Shown: positions 49,817 to 59,817, counted from the first letter of the stretch. The stretch is DNA of 64,000 bases from an uncultured Gemmatimonadaceae bacterium (GCA_963716745.1 OY970320.1:3104001-3168000), one strand, 5' to 3'. Numbers and translations: made by a program. Notes: generated from the letters alone by a model not told the origin.

Positions 49817-49874
49817 TTGTCAAGCCATGGAACCCATCGATCCCCGGTGAGCCGCCGGGGCGGGGGTCAGCCCC

Positions 49875-50561
49875 TCAGTTGGCGGCGGTGGGCAGCGCCA
49901 GCTTGCCGTCGGACCAGAGGCGGACGGGGATCATGATCACGACCACCTGGGCATCGGGGTCCAGCTGCGAGCCGTCGATGGTGGTGTTGGTCGCGCCCCC
50001 CACGCCCCACTGCGTGACCGGCATCGACTTGTCATAGAAGAACATCAGATGCGGCACCCAATGCGGATTGGTCTCCGACAAGTGCTGATCGGGCGAGAGC
50101 ATGAAGGCCATCGCACCCGCCTCCGGCATGGTGAACTCATGCAATGCGTAGGCCTGTTTCGTGCGGAGTTCGATGTCGGCCAGGCTCACGCCGGTCACGA
50201 TCCACTCGGCGCGCTTGCGCATCTCCGGCAGCACCGTGCGCACCGCGGGAGGGTTCAGGCAGATCGGGCCGCGGCTCTTCGGATTCCAGAATCCGGGATC
50301 GCCGATCTTCCCGTCGAATGAGTGCTGCACCATGCAGGTGAATCCATTGGTCCCGCGTGCGGCCTCGATGTAGCCGGACCTGGTGAGCACGAGTACCGTG
50401 GCCGAATCTCCGACGTGCTTGGGCGCGGCGCTGCGTGCGAGCGCGATCTCCGCGGCGCGGTCGGACATGAGGTATGGCGTGAGGTCCGGAGTCTGCGCCG
50501 CGATCAATGATCCGGCGGTCACGAGACTGACGGCGGCGAGCACTGACAAGTGAGTTGGCAT
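49875..50561 (-). CDS. Secreted hypothetical protein
   Basis: Signal peptide; EIALARSAAP, GTNGFTCMV, PICLN and HWVPHLMF; GAAGGA RBS. Confidence 0.65.
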   Translation of the reverse strand: MPTHLSVLAAVSLVTAGSLIAAQTPDLTPYLMSDRAAEIALARSAAPKHVGDSATVLVLTRSGYIEAARGTNGFTCMVQHSFDGKIGDPGFWNPKSRGPICLNPPAVRTVLPEMRKRAEWIVTGVSLADIELRTKQAYALHEFTMPEAGAMAFMLSPDQHLSETNPHWVPHLMFFYDKSMPVTQWGVGGATNTTIDGSQLDPDAQVVVIMIPVRLWSDGKLALPTAAN

Positions 50562-50667
50562 CGTCCTTCTCCTTCGTGATAGGGTGAACCGCGACTGCCG
50601 GAGCGTCCCCTTGCGTACCCCGGAACGTGGAGTTGGTTTTGGAGCGAACACTGTTCTCCAAGGAGAC

Positions 50668-51450
50668 GTGGAACTTCATTCTGCGCGTGGCGAGCACAGT
50701 ATCGCTAAGCTGTTCGATGGCGCGCCGCCCTGGTACGTGCCCGATTCGCCGCTCCCTCGCGCGTCGCGGATAGCCGTGGTCGCCCCGCATCCGGATGACT
50801 TCGACGTCATCGCCATCACGCTGCGGCACTTCCAACGAGCCTCGGCGCAGATCGCCGTCGCGGTCCTGACCTCCGGCGCATCCGGAGTCGAGGACGGATT
50901 CGTGACAGATGCCGCGCCCGACGCCAAGCGGCGCGTTCGTGAGGCCGAGCAGCAAGCGAGCTGCGCATTCTTCGGCCTGCCGGCCGAGCAGTTGCATTTC
51001 CTCCGGCTCGCCGAGGATCCTGAGGGGCATCTCGCCGAATCCGCGGACAACCGCGGGCGCGTGGACGAGTTCTTGAAGCGGTGGCAGCCGGAGTTCGTGT
51101 TCCTGCCGCACGGCAACGATCCGAATCGCGCCCACCAGCTCACCTTCGCCATGGTCGCGGAATCGCTCTCGCGTCAACTGCCCGCGGCCACTCTCTGGCT
51201 CAACCGGGACCCCAAGACCGTCGCGATGCGCGAGGACGTGTACGTCGTGTTCGACGACGAGGCCGCGGAATGGAAGCGAACGCTCCTGCGCCACCATGCC
51301 TCGCAGCAGTCGCGCAACCTGCACGCGCGCGGTCACGGATTCGATGAACGAATTCTGCGCAGCAACGCCGTCGTCGCAGCGTCCGCGGGACGTCCCGGCG
51401 CCTTCGCGGAGACATTCGAGTTGCGCTCGGCACTCCGCCCGAAGGGATGA
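50668..51450 (+). CDS. PIG-L family deacetylase
   Basis: APHPDD, R..EQ..S, PHGND.N..H and H.SQ motifs. Confidence 0.82.
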   Translation: MELHSARGEHSIAKLFDGAPPWYVPDSPLPRASRIAVVAPHPDDFDVIAITLRHFQRASAQIAVAVLTSGASGVEDGFVTDAAPDAKRRVREAEQQASCAFFGLPAEQLHFLRLAEDPEGHLAESADNRGRVDEFLKRWQPEFVFLPHGNDPNRAHQLTFAMVAESLSRQLPAATLWLNRDPKTVAMREDVYVVFDDEAAEWKRTLLRHHASQQSRNLHARGHGFDERILRSNAVVAASAGRPGAFAETFELRSALRPKG

Positions 51451-51609
51451 CGCATCCGGGCCTGTGCGTCCGCCTTTACTCACAACTGCCAGGGGCTGGG
51501 GCGCGGCGCCTAGAGGATTGCGACCGTGGTGGCGCGGAGTCGCGCGGAGGTCTTCGGAGGTCATCGCTTGACTTCGCTTCGACCCGCTCGCAATCTGAAC
51601 GAATCCAAC

Positions 51610-51927
51610 ATGCTTAACTCTCTCCGCATACTCGCGCTCGGCGCATCGCTCTCGCTTACCGCGCAGCTGTATGGCGACCTGCGCGAAGGCGACAAGCAGT
51701 TGCCGGGGGTCAAGATGGAGCTGGCGTGCGGATCCGAGACCGCGCGGGCGACGACCGATAGCGCCGGGGCCTTCGTGCTCTTCGTGAAGCAGCCGGGCAA
51801 GTGCGTCCTCAAGGTCGTGTACCAGGATCAGACCGCCACCTTGCCGGTGGTCCTGTACAATGAGCCGGTGCGCTATCGCCTCGCGCTCGAGCGGAAGGGT
51901 AGCGCGTTCGTACTCACACGCCGGTAG
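51610..51927 (+). CDS. Small secreted hypothetical protein (beta-sandwich-like)
   Basis: Signal-like N-terminus, TDSAGAF motif, two Cys. Confidence 0.55.
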   Translation: MLNSLRILALGASLSLTAQLYGDLREGDKQLPGVKMELACGSETARATTDSAGAFVLFVKQPGKCVLKVVYQDQTATLPVVLYNEPVRYRLALERKGSAFVLTRR

Positions 51928-51933
51928 GGTCGC

Positions 51934-52878
51934 ATGAGCGACTCCGCCGACAAGGCTTCGCAAAGGGACGGGTGGGGCAAGGCGGCGATCATCCTCGAGC
52001 CCGTCGGCGGTCTGTTCACGGCGCTCGCCGTCGCCGGATTGGGCTTCTTCGGATCGCAGTATCTCAATCAGCGATCGACCCGAGAGGCCAAGCTCAACCT
52101 CTACACCCAACTGCTCAGTGCGCGTGAGGAATCCGAGGCGGCCCTCCGGAAGGACATGTTCCAATCGATCATCACGTCCTTCCTCGCTGGCCAATCGCAC
52201 GCGACGGATCGGGGTGCGTCGCCGGTCTCGCAGGCGGAGGCCATGGAAGCGCAGGTACTGAACCTGGAACTGCTCGCGCAGAACTTCCACGAGTCGCTCA
52301 GCCTCACACCGCTCTTCTATCACGTGCAGCGCGAGATCATCGGCTCGAAGCTGCCGTTGGCAGCGAAGCGTGAGTTCGAGGGCCGGTTGACCGCGTTGGG
52401 CCGCGAAGTGAGCCGCCAGCAGATGGCGGCGCTGGAAGATGGCGGCGCGCGATTCGATCTCCACGTCCCGCTCGACAGCGTGCCAATGCAATTCCCTGGT
52501 GAGATCCTCACGCTGGACGGGATCACGCGCCGATTCACGGTCACGGTGGATTCCGTGGACCGGCTGCAAGGGACGCTCCGCGTCAATCTGAGAGTGGAGA
52601 AACTTGCGCCCGCCGGGACGACTGGGGAAGCGATGACGGCGTCCATCTTCGAGGTCTCGCCATTCGACGCGCCGATGATCGACAACCTGCGCCTCTCCGA
52701 CGATCAGCGCATCGCGATCGTGCTGACCCACTTCCGCAGCGGGGATGGCTCGGCGGAGCTTGCCGGACTGTTCTTCCCCGCGTCCCACGCGGGCATCCGC
52801 GAGAAACCGTACTACGAGGACATCCTGCGCAAGCTGGGAGACACCGCGCTCACGACCGGCTCGACCTCGCCGCCCTGA
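51934..52878 (+). CDS. Membrane-anchored hypothetical protein
   Basis: Long ORF with GC-rich third positions and an N-terminal TM segment after DGWGKA. Confidence 0.65.
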   Translation: MSDSADKASQRDGWGKAAIILEPVGGLFTALAVAGLGFFGSQYLNQRSTREAKLNLYTQLLSAREESEAALRKDMFQSIITSFLAGQSHATDRGASPVSQAEAMEAQVLNLELLAQNFHESLSLTPLFYHVQREIIGSKLPLAAKREFEGRLTALGREVSRQQMAALEDGGARFDLHVPLDSVPMQFPGEILTLDGITRRFTVTVDSVDRLQGTLRVNLRVEKLAPAGTTGEAMTASIFEVSPFDAPMIDNLRLSDDQRIAIVLTHFRSGDGSAELAGLFFPASHAGIREKPYYEDILRKLGDTALTTGSTSPP

Positions 52879-52893
52879 CTCCAGCGGGTGCGC

Positions 52894-53427
52894 TCAACGT
52901 TCCTGCCGCACGATGCGTGTCGTCACCGAAAGCTGCCCCACATGACGCATCGCGTGCTCCGCCCCGTGCACGAGGCAGCCGATGACCGTTGACGGGAGCT
53001 GCGCCCTCCCCACGCCTCGAAAATCGCCGAGCGTGGAGACGTCGATCGTGCGGAGTTCGGCCACAGCGGCCTGAACTCGCGCGGTCAATACATCGAGCAC
53101 CCGCGCGACGTCGGCCGCGGCAAGCGGACCGCCTTCCGCACGGATCTCCGCGAATTGTTCTTCCGAGAGCGCGTTCCCACGGGCGTACGTGAACAACCGG
53201 TCGATGACTGCGGCAATGTGTCGCACGTGGAACGCCGCCGACGCCACTCCGCCGGGCCGCGCGTTCCACTCGGCCTCAGTCAGATCCTCGACGAGGCCGC
53301 GCACACTCTCGTCGACTTGAAGCAGGATGTGCGCAACGGGCTGCAAGACGGCGGGGACGCCCTCGACGGGACCGCGCTGCCACCATTCGGTAGTTGCCGT
53401 TCTCCCCGGCTTCGCCGGCTCGCTCAT
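52894..53427 (-). CDS. DinB-family protein
   Basis: SAAFHVRHI, DRLFTYA and HGAEHAMRHVGQ His triad. Confidence 0.85.
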   Translation of the reverse strand: MSEPAKPGRTATTEWWQRGPVEGVPAVLQPVAHILLQVDESVRGLVEDLTEAEWNARPGGVASAAFHVRHIAAVIDRLFTYARGNALSEEQFAEIRAEGGPLAAADVARVLDVLTARVQAAVAELRTIDVSTLGDFRGVGRAQLPSTVIGCLVHGAEHAMRHVGQLSVTTRIVRQER

Positions 53428-53693
53428 TTCTTGATCCGCCTCACGATCCATAGGAGCAAACAAGCCCCGATCACCGCGATGAGGATCTCGCCGATATACC
53501 CGGAGCCGTGGAGACCGATCAGGCCGAAGACGAAATTGCCGAGAAGCGCGCCGACCACGCCGACGAGGAGATCGCCGAGCAGCCCGAATCCGCTTCCCTT
53601 CATGATCTTGCCGGCGAGAAAGCCGGCGATGATGCCGACGATGACGATGTAGAGCAGCGTCTGTGCTTCGAAGCCTAGGTAGTAGTCGTGCAA
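53424..53693 (-). CDS. GlsB/YeaQ/YmgE stress-response membrane protein
   Basis: GIIAGFLAG.IM.G.G.G...DLLVGVVGALLG pattern. Confidence 0.85.
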   Translation of the reverse strand: MHDYYLGFEAQTLLYIVIVGIIAGFLAGKIMKGSGFGLLGDLLVGVVGALLGNFVFGLIGLHGSGYIGEILIAVIGACLLLWIVRRIKK

Positions 53694-53814
53694 TGGGCGC
53701 TCCGCCGATTCGGATCTGGATAATCATAGGGCTTTTCGGAGTGTGGCGCTGACGGCAGGAATGGGCGGCTGGCGATCGCCCGTCGTGACCCGGGTGACGT
53801 AGATGACAGCCAAA

Positions 53815-53884
53815 GAAAAAGCCCGCGCTCCCGCGCGGGCTTTGACTGAATGACGGTGGACGCAGTCGACGGCGAAGCGGTGTC
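53815..53884 (-). mobile_element. att-like site C (hairpin, TGACGG core, conserved arm)
   Basis: GAAAAAGCCCGC..CGCGCGGGCT, then TGACGG-TGGACGCAGTC..GCGAA; related to the tRNA-Ser 3' flank and to 59548-59618. Confidence 0.6.
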
Positions 53885-53896
53885 CCGCTCGTCGCG

Positions 53897-54505
53897 CTAG
53901 ATGCGGAGCGCGAGCACCATCAGCCCGACGGCGGCGATCCAGCTGCCGGCCACGCGTACGGCGATCCGTGTCCACCCCGCAGTGAGCCAGCGGACCGCGC
54001 TAATGGTGTAGGCGAGAACGAGCAGCCCGCCGATCGCGACGCCGGGGGCGAAGCGCCATATGGAGGCGCCGGCGCCGATCTCGCCACCGTTCGCGAAGCC
54101 AAGCGTGAGCCCCACGATCGCGGCGAGTGCCAGCAGCGCCGCGCGCGGCAGCGGCCACGCGCCGGCCACCAGCACGCCGAGCACCAGCATGGCGCCAAGC
54201 TCCAGTACTCCGAGGTCGGGCACGCGCCCGAGCGCGGCGCCGATCGCTGCGCCGGCGAGTAGCGCGAGCGGCGCGATGCCGAGCACGCGCACTGCTGCAT
54301 CGCGTCCCTGCTGCGCCGCGAGCATGCCGAGCGCGATGGTGGGGGTGAGCGTCTCCAGCGCGGAGAGCATGTGAAGCATGCCGCCGTAGAAATCGCCGGC
54401 GCCGGGAAATGCGTGCGCATGCGCCGTGGCTGGCAGAGCCGCCAAGAGCACCATCGCCGCGCGCACACTCCGCGCGGTTGGTCGCCAGTAGGCCGCGCGT
54501 CTCAC
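53897..54505 (-). CDS. HupE/UreJ family protein (divergent)
   Basis: AHAH...FYGGMLH, GFANG and RVAGSWIAA; GTG start overlapping the upstream stop. Confidence 0.75.
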   Translation of the reverse strand: MRRAAYWRPTARSVRAAMVLLAALPATAHAHAFPGAGDFYGGMLHMLSALETLTPTIALGMLAAQQGRDAAVRVLGIAPLALLAGAAIGAALGRVPDLGVLELGAMLVLGVLVAGAWPLPRAALLALAAIVGLTLGFANGGEIGAGASIWRFAPGVAIGGLLVLAYTISAVRWLTAGWTRIAVRVAGSWIAAVGLMVLALRI

Positions 54506-55092
54506 AGCGCGAGCACCAAGTAGTACACGCCGCCGGCGGCGATCGCCGCGCCGAGCGTGCGGAGCAATCGATCTCCCCATGACCAACGGTGCACGAGGGC
54601 GATCGCGATCCCGGTGACGTGCAGCAAGCCGGTGGCGAGCACGAATCCCAAGCCGTAGGCCAGCGGCGCCGCCGCCTTGGGCAGCTCGAGCCCATGCGCG
54701 TAGCCGTGAAAAATGGCGAAGATCCCGACGAGGATCGCCGCCGCCCACAGCGGCGGCTTGAGCGCGAAGAGGATCGCGGCGCCGAGGAGCAACGCCGACG
54801 CCGCCACGCCGATCTCCACGCCGGGGAGATACACGCCGCGAACACCGAGCGCGCCGCCTACGGACATCACGAGTGGGAACGTGACCGGCAGCAGCCAGAT
54901 GGCCGGCGCGCCGAGCTGCGAACCCCAAATGCCCACCGCGATCATCGCGAGCATGTGATCGGGCCCCGTGAGCGGATGCAGGAATCCGCTCGCGAATCCT
55001 GTCGCTACGCCGCCGGTGTGCGCGCTCGCCGGGGCCGCAGCCAGCGCGAGCGCCAGCAGCGCGAACGCGAGCACCGAGCCGCGCGGCCTCAC
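54502..55092 (-). CDS. HupE/UreJ family protein
   Basis: GFLHPLTGPDHMLAM, FHGYAHG and ATGLLH motifs. Confidence 0.9.
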   Translation of the reverse strand: MRPRGSVLAFALLALALAAAPASAHTGGVATGFASGFLHPLTGPDHMLAMIAVGIWGSQLGAPAIWLLPVTFPLVMSVGGALGVRGVYLPGVEIGVAASALLLGAAILFALKPPLWAAAILVGIFAIFHGYAHGLELPKAAAPLAYGLGFVLATGLLHVTGIAIALVHRWSWGDRLLRTLGAAIAAGGVYYLVLAL

Positions 55093-56114
55093 CAAAACCC
55101 CACGACCCGCTGAATGAACCAACTCGCCGCGATGATCCCAATGGCGTACGCCGGCACGGGGCGCGTCCATCGCGGCCACTTGATGGCGAGCGATCGCAGC
55201 GACCACACGAACGACAGGACCACCGTCACGAACACCAGTTGTCCGAGCTCCACGCCCACGTTGAACGTGAACAGCGCCAACGGAATGTCGCCGCGCGGAA
55301 GCCCGACGCGCGTGAGCGTACCGGCGAATCCGAAGCCGTGCAGCAGTCCGAAGGCGAATGCGATCACCCATGGATGGCGCTGCGCCAAGCCCACCTCGCC
55401 GCGCGCCTGCTTCGCCAGCTCGGTGGCGAGGAACACAATGCTGAGCGCGATCACCGCCTCGACCGGCGGTGGCGGAACGCGCACCAGTCCCAGCGCCGCC
55501 ACCGCGAGCGTGATGCTATGCGCCACGGTGAACGCCGTGATGGTCTTGAGCAGCGGGATCGCGCCGTGCACGAGCAGGAGCAGCCCGAGCACGAAGAGCA
55601 GGTGATCGATGCCGAAGAGGATGTGCTGCATGCCGTACTCGATGTACGTCGCCGACAGCTCGGCGAGCCCGCTCCGCGCCGCCACCACGAGATAGGGGCG
55701 CGACGGATGGACGAGCGTCACGAATCGCGTGCCGTCCTGGAACTCAATGCGCACCAGGACATCGGTGATCGTCATCGCGAGGCCGGGGAAGGCGATCCGC
55801 AATCCCTCGAGCGAACCGGTGGTCGACATCACCACCCATCGCGTGAGATACGAGTCGCCGAGGTCCTGCTCAATGGGCTGTGTCTCGTTGCGCAGCTGGG
55901 CGGGCAGCACCACTGCCACCGGCAGCCGCATTCCCGAGAGCTGCGGCGTGCGCCAGAGCACGGTGTAACGTCCAGGCGCCGTCTCCTTGATCTCGAGGTA
56001 CGCGGGCCGTGACTCGTGCGCATCGAGTGGGCGAGCGCCCACGAGCAGACCGATCGCGGTGAGCAACACCAGCGCGGCGAGGCGCGTGAACGCGCCGGAT
56101 GAGGAACGGATCAT
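55089..56114 (-). CDS. HupE/UreJ-2 family protein with a periplasmic N-terminal domain
   Basis: AHESRP, HILFGIDHLLF, TAFTVAHSITL, GLLHGFGFA and FNVGVELGQ motifs. Confidence 0.88.
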   Translation of the reverse strand: MIRSSSGAFTRLAALVLLTAIGLLVGARPLDAHESRPAYLEIKETAPGRYTVLWRTPQLSGMRLPVAVVLPAQLRNETQPIEQDLGDSYLTRWVVMSTTGSLEGLRIAFPGLAMTITDVLVRIEFQDGTRFVTLVHPSRPYLVVAARSGLAELSATYIEYGMQHILFGIDHLLFVLGLLLLVHGAIPLLKTITAFTVAHSITLAVAALGLVRVPPPPVEAVIALSIVFLATELAKQARGEVGLAQRHPWVIAFAFGLLHGFGFAGTLTRVGLPRGDIPLALFTFNVGVELGQLVFVTVVLSFVWSLRSLAIKWPRWTRPVPAYAIGIIAASWFIQRVVGFW

Positions 56115-57040
56115 GTGGGCGGCGGCCCCTCATCCAGCGCGCCGGCCGGGAGCCGGTAATGCTCCCATCCCGAAGGGAGCACTACCTCGTAGCGGGATCG
56201 CATTTCCTGATACAGCCGATCCCGGATCTTCGCCCGCTCCTCTGCCATGAACTGATCTCGCACGTCTGCGCCGGCCTCTTCGTACGTGGGGACGCGCCCC
56301 GCCGCGAGCGATTCGATGAACACGAGGTGCCAACCCAATCCGGACTCCACCGGGCCGCGCCACGCACCGGGCGCGAGCACGAAGAGGGAATCCGCGAAGT
56401 CGCGCCCGAAAACGCTGGCAACGTTCTGCGGCGTGCGGTCGGCGTAGTAGTCCTGCAGCGCGAACTGGTCGCCGAGCGCCGCGGCACCGCTCCAGCCCGC
56501 CGGCTTCCCCTTGAGCGTCGCGAGCGCCGCCGCCGCGTCAGCTCTTGCGTGTGCACGGCGCGCGTCCGGCGAGAAGTAGATGTGCCGGAAGGAGATGCGC
56601 GGCGGGAAAGCGAATTGCGCAGCGTGAGCCGCGAAGTACGCGCGCAGCGCCGAGTCGGTGGGGATTTCCAGCTTGGACAGATCCTCGGCCAGGAAATCCA
56701 TCTTCTGCACCATCCGGCGCTTGAGGATCTCGTCGCCCTGATCGAGGCCCAGCGCGATCGCTTCGCGATAGAGCACTTCCTCGCGCACGCGCTCGTCCAC
56801 GAGCGAGCGCATCTGTTCGGGCGTGGGAGCCGGGCGCCCTTCCGCCAAGAACGCGACGGTCATCTGGCGCAGGTCGTCGTTCGTGAGTTCGATGCGGCCG
56901 GTGCGGTGCGCGGCATCGCCCCGGTGCACGATCGCATACGCCGCGAAGACCACGAGCCCCCCGGCCAGGAAATGGACGAGGGGCTCGCGCGACCACTGTT
57001 TCGCGAGCTGCCGCAGCCGCGCGGCGCGTGTGCCGCTCAG
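56111..57040 (-). CDS. Parvulin/PpiC-type peptidyl-prolyl isomerase (start approximate)
   Basis: REPLVHF, EEVLYREAIALGLD, FRHIYFS and GPVESGLGWHLV motifs. Confidence 0.82.
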   Translation of the reverse strand: MSGTRAARLRQLAKQWSREPLVHFLAGGLVVFAAYAIVHRGDAAHRTGRIELTNDDLRQMTVAFLAEGRPAPTPEQMRSLVDERVREEVLYREAIALGLDQGDEILKRRMVQKMDFLAEDLSKLEIPTDSALRAYFAAHAAQFAFPPRISFRHIYFSPDARRAHARADAAAALATLKGKPAGWSGAAALGDQFALQDYYADRTPQNVASVFGRDFADSLFVLAPGAWRGPVESGLGWHLVFIESLAAGRVPTYEEAGADVRDQFMAEERAKIRDRLYQEMRSRYEVVLPSGWEHYRLPAGALDEGPPPT

Positions 57041-59349
57041 GGAGTCGCGCCCGCCGGCTTCCCCGCGGCGGCCTTCATCTTCGCCATCACCGATGGGGCG
57101 AGAAACTGCGGCTCGGCCACCACCTCGTAGTTGGCGTAGCCGAATTCGTTGCTGCGCGCGAGGTAGACCTTCTTGTCGAGCTTGTAGAGCGTGTACGAGA
57201 ATGGCGCGTTGCCGACCATGGTGTTGATCCGGCCATCCTTGATCTCGTAGTGCGCGCCGTCGCCGGCAGTGCCGCGCATCGTGACTTCGCCGAAATCGCT
57301 GGGCTGCGGCACCGCGGGATCGGCGAAGAAGATCATGAAGTTCCCATTCGGCGCCGCGCTCACTTGCACCACGCCGCCGGTGACGTCGTTCTTGATCCAC
57401 GTGGCCTTGTTCACGAACATCGCCGCGAGTTCGGCGTCCATCACCTGCGTGTAGCCCTTGGCCTTGAGATCGGCCACGCTCATCCCCGCGGCGGGGGCGG
57501 CCTTTCGCGCGTCGGTGCTCGGCGTGTACCAGATCGGGGAGCCCCACGCGCGCTCCTGCACTGTTGCCGCCACGATCTCGGGGGGCGCGATGCCGAGGTC
57601 TTTCGCCTGGATGGTGGTCCACCGCGGAGTGGGGATCTCGAGCACGCGGGCATAGTAGAATGCGTGAACGCCGGGCTCGAAGTTCGGATCGGTCCACACC
57701 GCCTTGAGCTCGACGTTGCCGATGGTGTTCGTATACGTGGCGTTCGCGATATCCACCGTGCTGCCCACCGGCCCCACGCGGCCGGTGAACTTGTTCGGCC
57801 TCCGATTACCCGACCACGCGACGTCGTAGATTCGTTCGAAGCTCTGGCCGCTCTTGGACCATCCTTTCACGATCTGTAGCCGGTCGAGATTGCCCGACGC
57901 CGGATCTTTCATGGCCCACACCATAATGGTGGGCGCCCTGCCGGCCATGGCGGGAAGATCGCTCCCCATGGGCACTCCCATCGTGTAGCCCTTGTCGGCC
58001 CAATCTCTCGCGCCGAGCATGGCGGCGGTGTACTTCCACCCGCCGAACATGCGGATCTTGATATGCGGACCGCTGGTGCCGAACGTCTCGCGGCGCTGCA
58101 TCGCGTCGAAGATCGACGCGCGCGTGTTCTCCTCCGCCCACACGCCCGCGATACCGCCGGGGTTCATGTAGCGCACGTCCATCCCGCCGAAGTAGAAGCC
58201 TGCCATGCGCGTCTCGGGCGTCCCATTGAGACCGGCATGTCCGCCGAAGAAGTTCGATTGGCGATATGGCGACGCGCTGTTGTGCGAGTCGGACCCGGCG
58301 GTGAATCCGGTCTTGTACGGATTGAACCCCCAGACGTCCTGCATCGTGATGCCATCCTTCAGCGCCTGGCGCACGTAGCTGCCCGGGATAGCGGGCACCC
58401 CCTGCGGGGTGGCGATGAGCCAACTCATGATCTCGTAGTTCGCGAACTCGTCGTTCGGCGAGAGCAGCGGATGGGCTTCCGATTGCCCCTTGATCTGCTT
58501 GATCTCGATCAGCCGCTCATTGCGCTCACGCGAGGCGGCCCACGCCGCGTCGATGGGACGTCCCTTCTCGTCCACATCGATCGGATACATATGGCCGTCG
58601 GACAGATTGGCGTTGTGCGAAATGGCGAGCAACTCGTTCCCTTGGCTGCGCTGGCCGTCCATCCAGTTCCAGAGATCGGAGGGATCCTGCGAATCGAGCG
58701 CACTGAACGGTTGCGCTGGCAGCTTCGCGCAATCCCGGAAGAAGACATTGCGGTGCATGTTGCGGGCCTGCGGCGCCGAGGTCCACTCGTAGGAGCAGAA
58801 GGCGGTGAACTTGCCGGGCTTGTTGGCGGCATTGGCGGCGGCGTTGTTGGCCTGCCACACCGTGCCGGCCACCTCCGGCGACACGAGCGACTTGATCGGC
58901 TTGTTCTCTATCATCGTCGTGCCGAGCATGAGATAGATGCGCGCCACATTGTCCGGGGTCCGCACCTTGAGCGATTCCGCCACCGGCAGCTTGCTGATGG
59001 CGGACGATGGATCGTTCGCCAGCCGCACAACTCCGGCGTACTCGGCGTGGTCGGTGACGCCCATCCAGTCCAGCGGCGTCTCGATCTTGATCATGAAGCC
59101 GAGCGGGTGCTTGATGGCTTTCCCTTGCGCGTACTCGTAGGCCTCCGCAGGACCGGTGATGCGGTTGCCGAACACATACGCGTCGAAGGACCAGCTCGTA
59201 TGCAGGTGGGTTTCGCCGAAGTAGGGGTTGCGATGCGGTACCTTCGCGGCCGCCGGCTTGGCGGGCGGGTTCGCCTGCGCGAACGATGTGACCGCGCCGA
59301 GCGCGAGCGCGAGCGATGCGGCAGTGATGCGGCGACGAATGCGTGGCAT
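57037..59349 (-). CDS. DUF3604 domain secreted protein (PHP-like metal-binding motifs)
   Basis: GETHLHTSWSFDAY, PLDW..VTDHAEY, MHRNV, HNANLSDG, SDSH and QERAWGSPIWY motifs. Confidence 0.85.
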   Translation of the reverse strand: MPRIRRRITAASLALALGAVTSFAQANPPAKPAAAKVPHRNPYFGETHLHTSWSFDAYVFGNRITGPAEAYEYAQGKAIKHPLGFMIKIETPLDWMGVTDHAEYAGVVRLANDPSSAISKLPVAESLKVRTPDNVARIYLMLGTTMIENKPIKSLVSPEVAGTVWQANNAAANAANKPGKFTAFCSYEWTSAPQARNMHRNVFFRDCAKLPAQPFSALDSQDPSDLWNWMDGQRSQGNELLAISHNANLSDGHMYPIDVDEKGRPIDAAWAASRERNERLIEIKQIKGQSEAHPLLSPNDEFANYEIMSWLIATPQGVPAIPGSYVRQALKDGITMQDVWGFNPYKTGFTAGSDSHNSASPYRQSNFFGGHAGLNGTPETRMAGFYFGGMDVRYMNPGGIAGVWAEENTRASIFDAMQRRETFGTSGPHIKIRMFGGWKYTAAMLGARDWADKGYTMGVPMGSDLPAMAGRAPTIMVWAMKDPASGNLDRLQIVKGWSKSGQSFERIYDVAWSGNRRPNKFTGRVGPVGSTVDIANATYTNTIGNVELKAVWTDPNFEPGVHAFYYARVLEIPTPRWTTIQAKDLGIAPPEIVAATVQERAWGSPIWYTPSTDARKAAPAAGMSVADLKAKGYTQVMDAELAAMFVNKATWIKNDVTGGVVQVSAAPNGNFMIFFADPAVPQPSDFGEVTMRGTAGDGAHYEIKDGRINTMVGNAPFSYTLYKLDKKVYLARSNEFGYANYEVVAEPQFLAPSVMAKMKAAAGKPAGATP

Positions 59350-59547
59350 GCGTGGGGCTCCAGCGCTGAGGCGTGCGGTTCGTGGGACAGCGCGAGTTGC
59401 CGTATGCCGAGAATGTGGGTCACGGCGTGCGGGCGTGCAATGGGGAGTAGGGAGCGGGGCGAGGTCGCCGCCGCTCGGCGCGCCGCGGCGCGCTATCGCG
59501 GAGCTAAGGGCGGGGGGGGCGTGCACAATTGCACGGCAAGCACGAAA

Positions 59548-59660
59548 GAAAAAGCCCGCACTTCGCGCGGGATTTTTTTCGTTGTGACGGTGAAAGGAGT
59601 CCGGGCCGACCCCGTCTCAAGCGCGAATTCCCATCATTACGGAATTCATCAGGGAGTTTC
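59548..59660 (-). mobile_element. att-like site B (hairpin, TGACGG core, conserved arm)
   Basis: GAAAAAGCCCGCACTTCGCGCGGG, then TGACGG-TGAAAGGAGTC...CGA..GTCTC and a GAATTCCC/GGAATTC/CAGGGAG tract. Confidence 0.6.
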
Positions 59661-59817
59661 CTAGGAATGTGCACGGACTCATGCGAGGAGGCTGCTGATT
59701 CTTGGGGACTCGCCTCGCACGCACGAATCGTTGGCCGCTGACCAGGGAATGGTAGGTCGTGTGAATAGACAATGGTGGCCGCGGAGCAGGGATCGCGGCC
59801 TCTTCATTTTGCGCGCC

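Noticed and set aside
50620..50660. Fourth att-like site (GGAGTT...GCGAAC...TCTC)
   Set aside because: It lacks the TGACGG core and the preceding hairpin; the similarity is too weak to call.
50137..52788. 883-aa minus-strand ORF and other long antisense ORFs
   Set aside because: Shadow ORFs typical of high-GC DNA, overlapping better-supported genes on the opposite strand.
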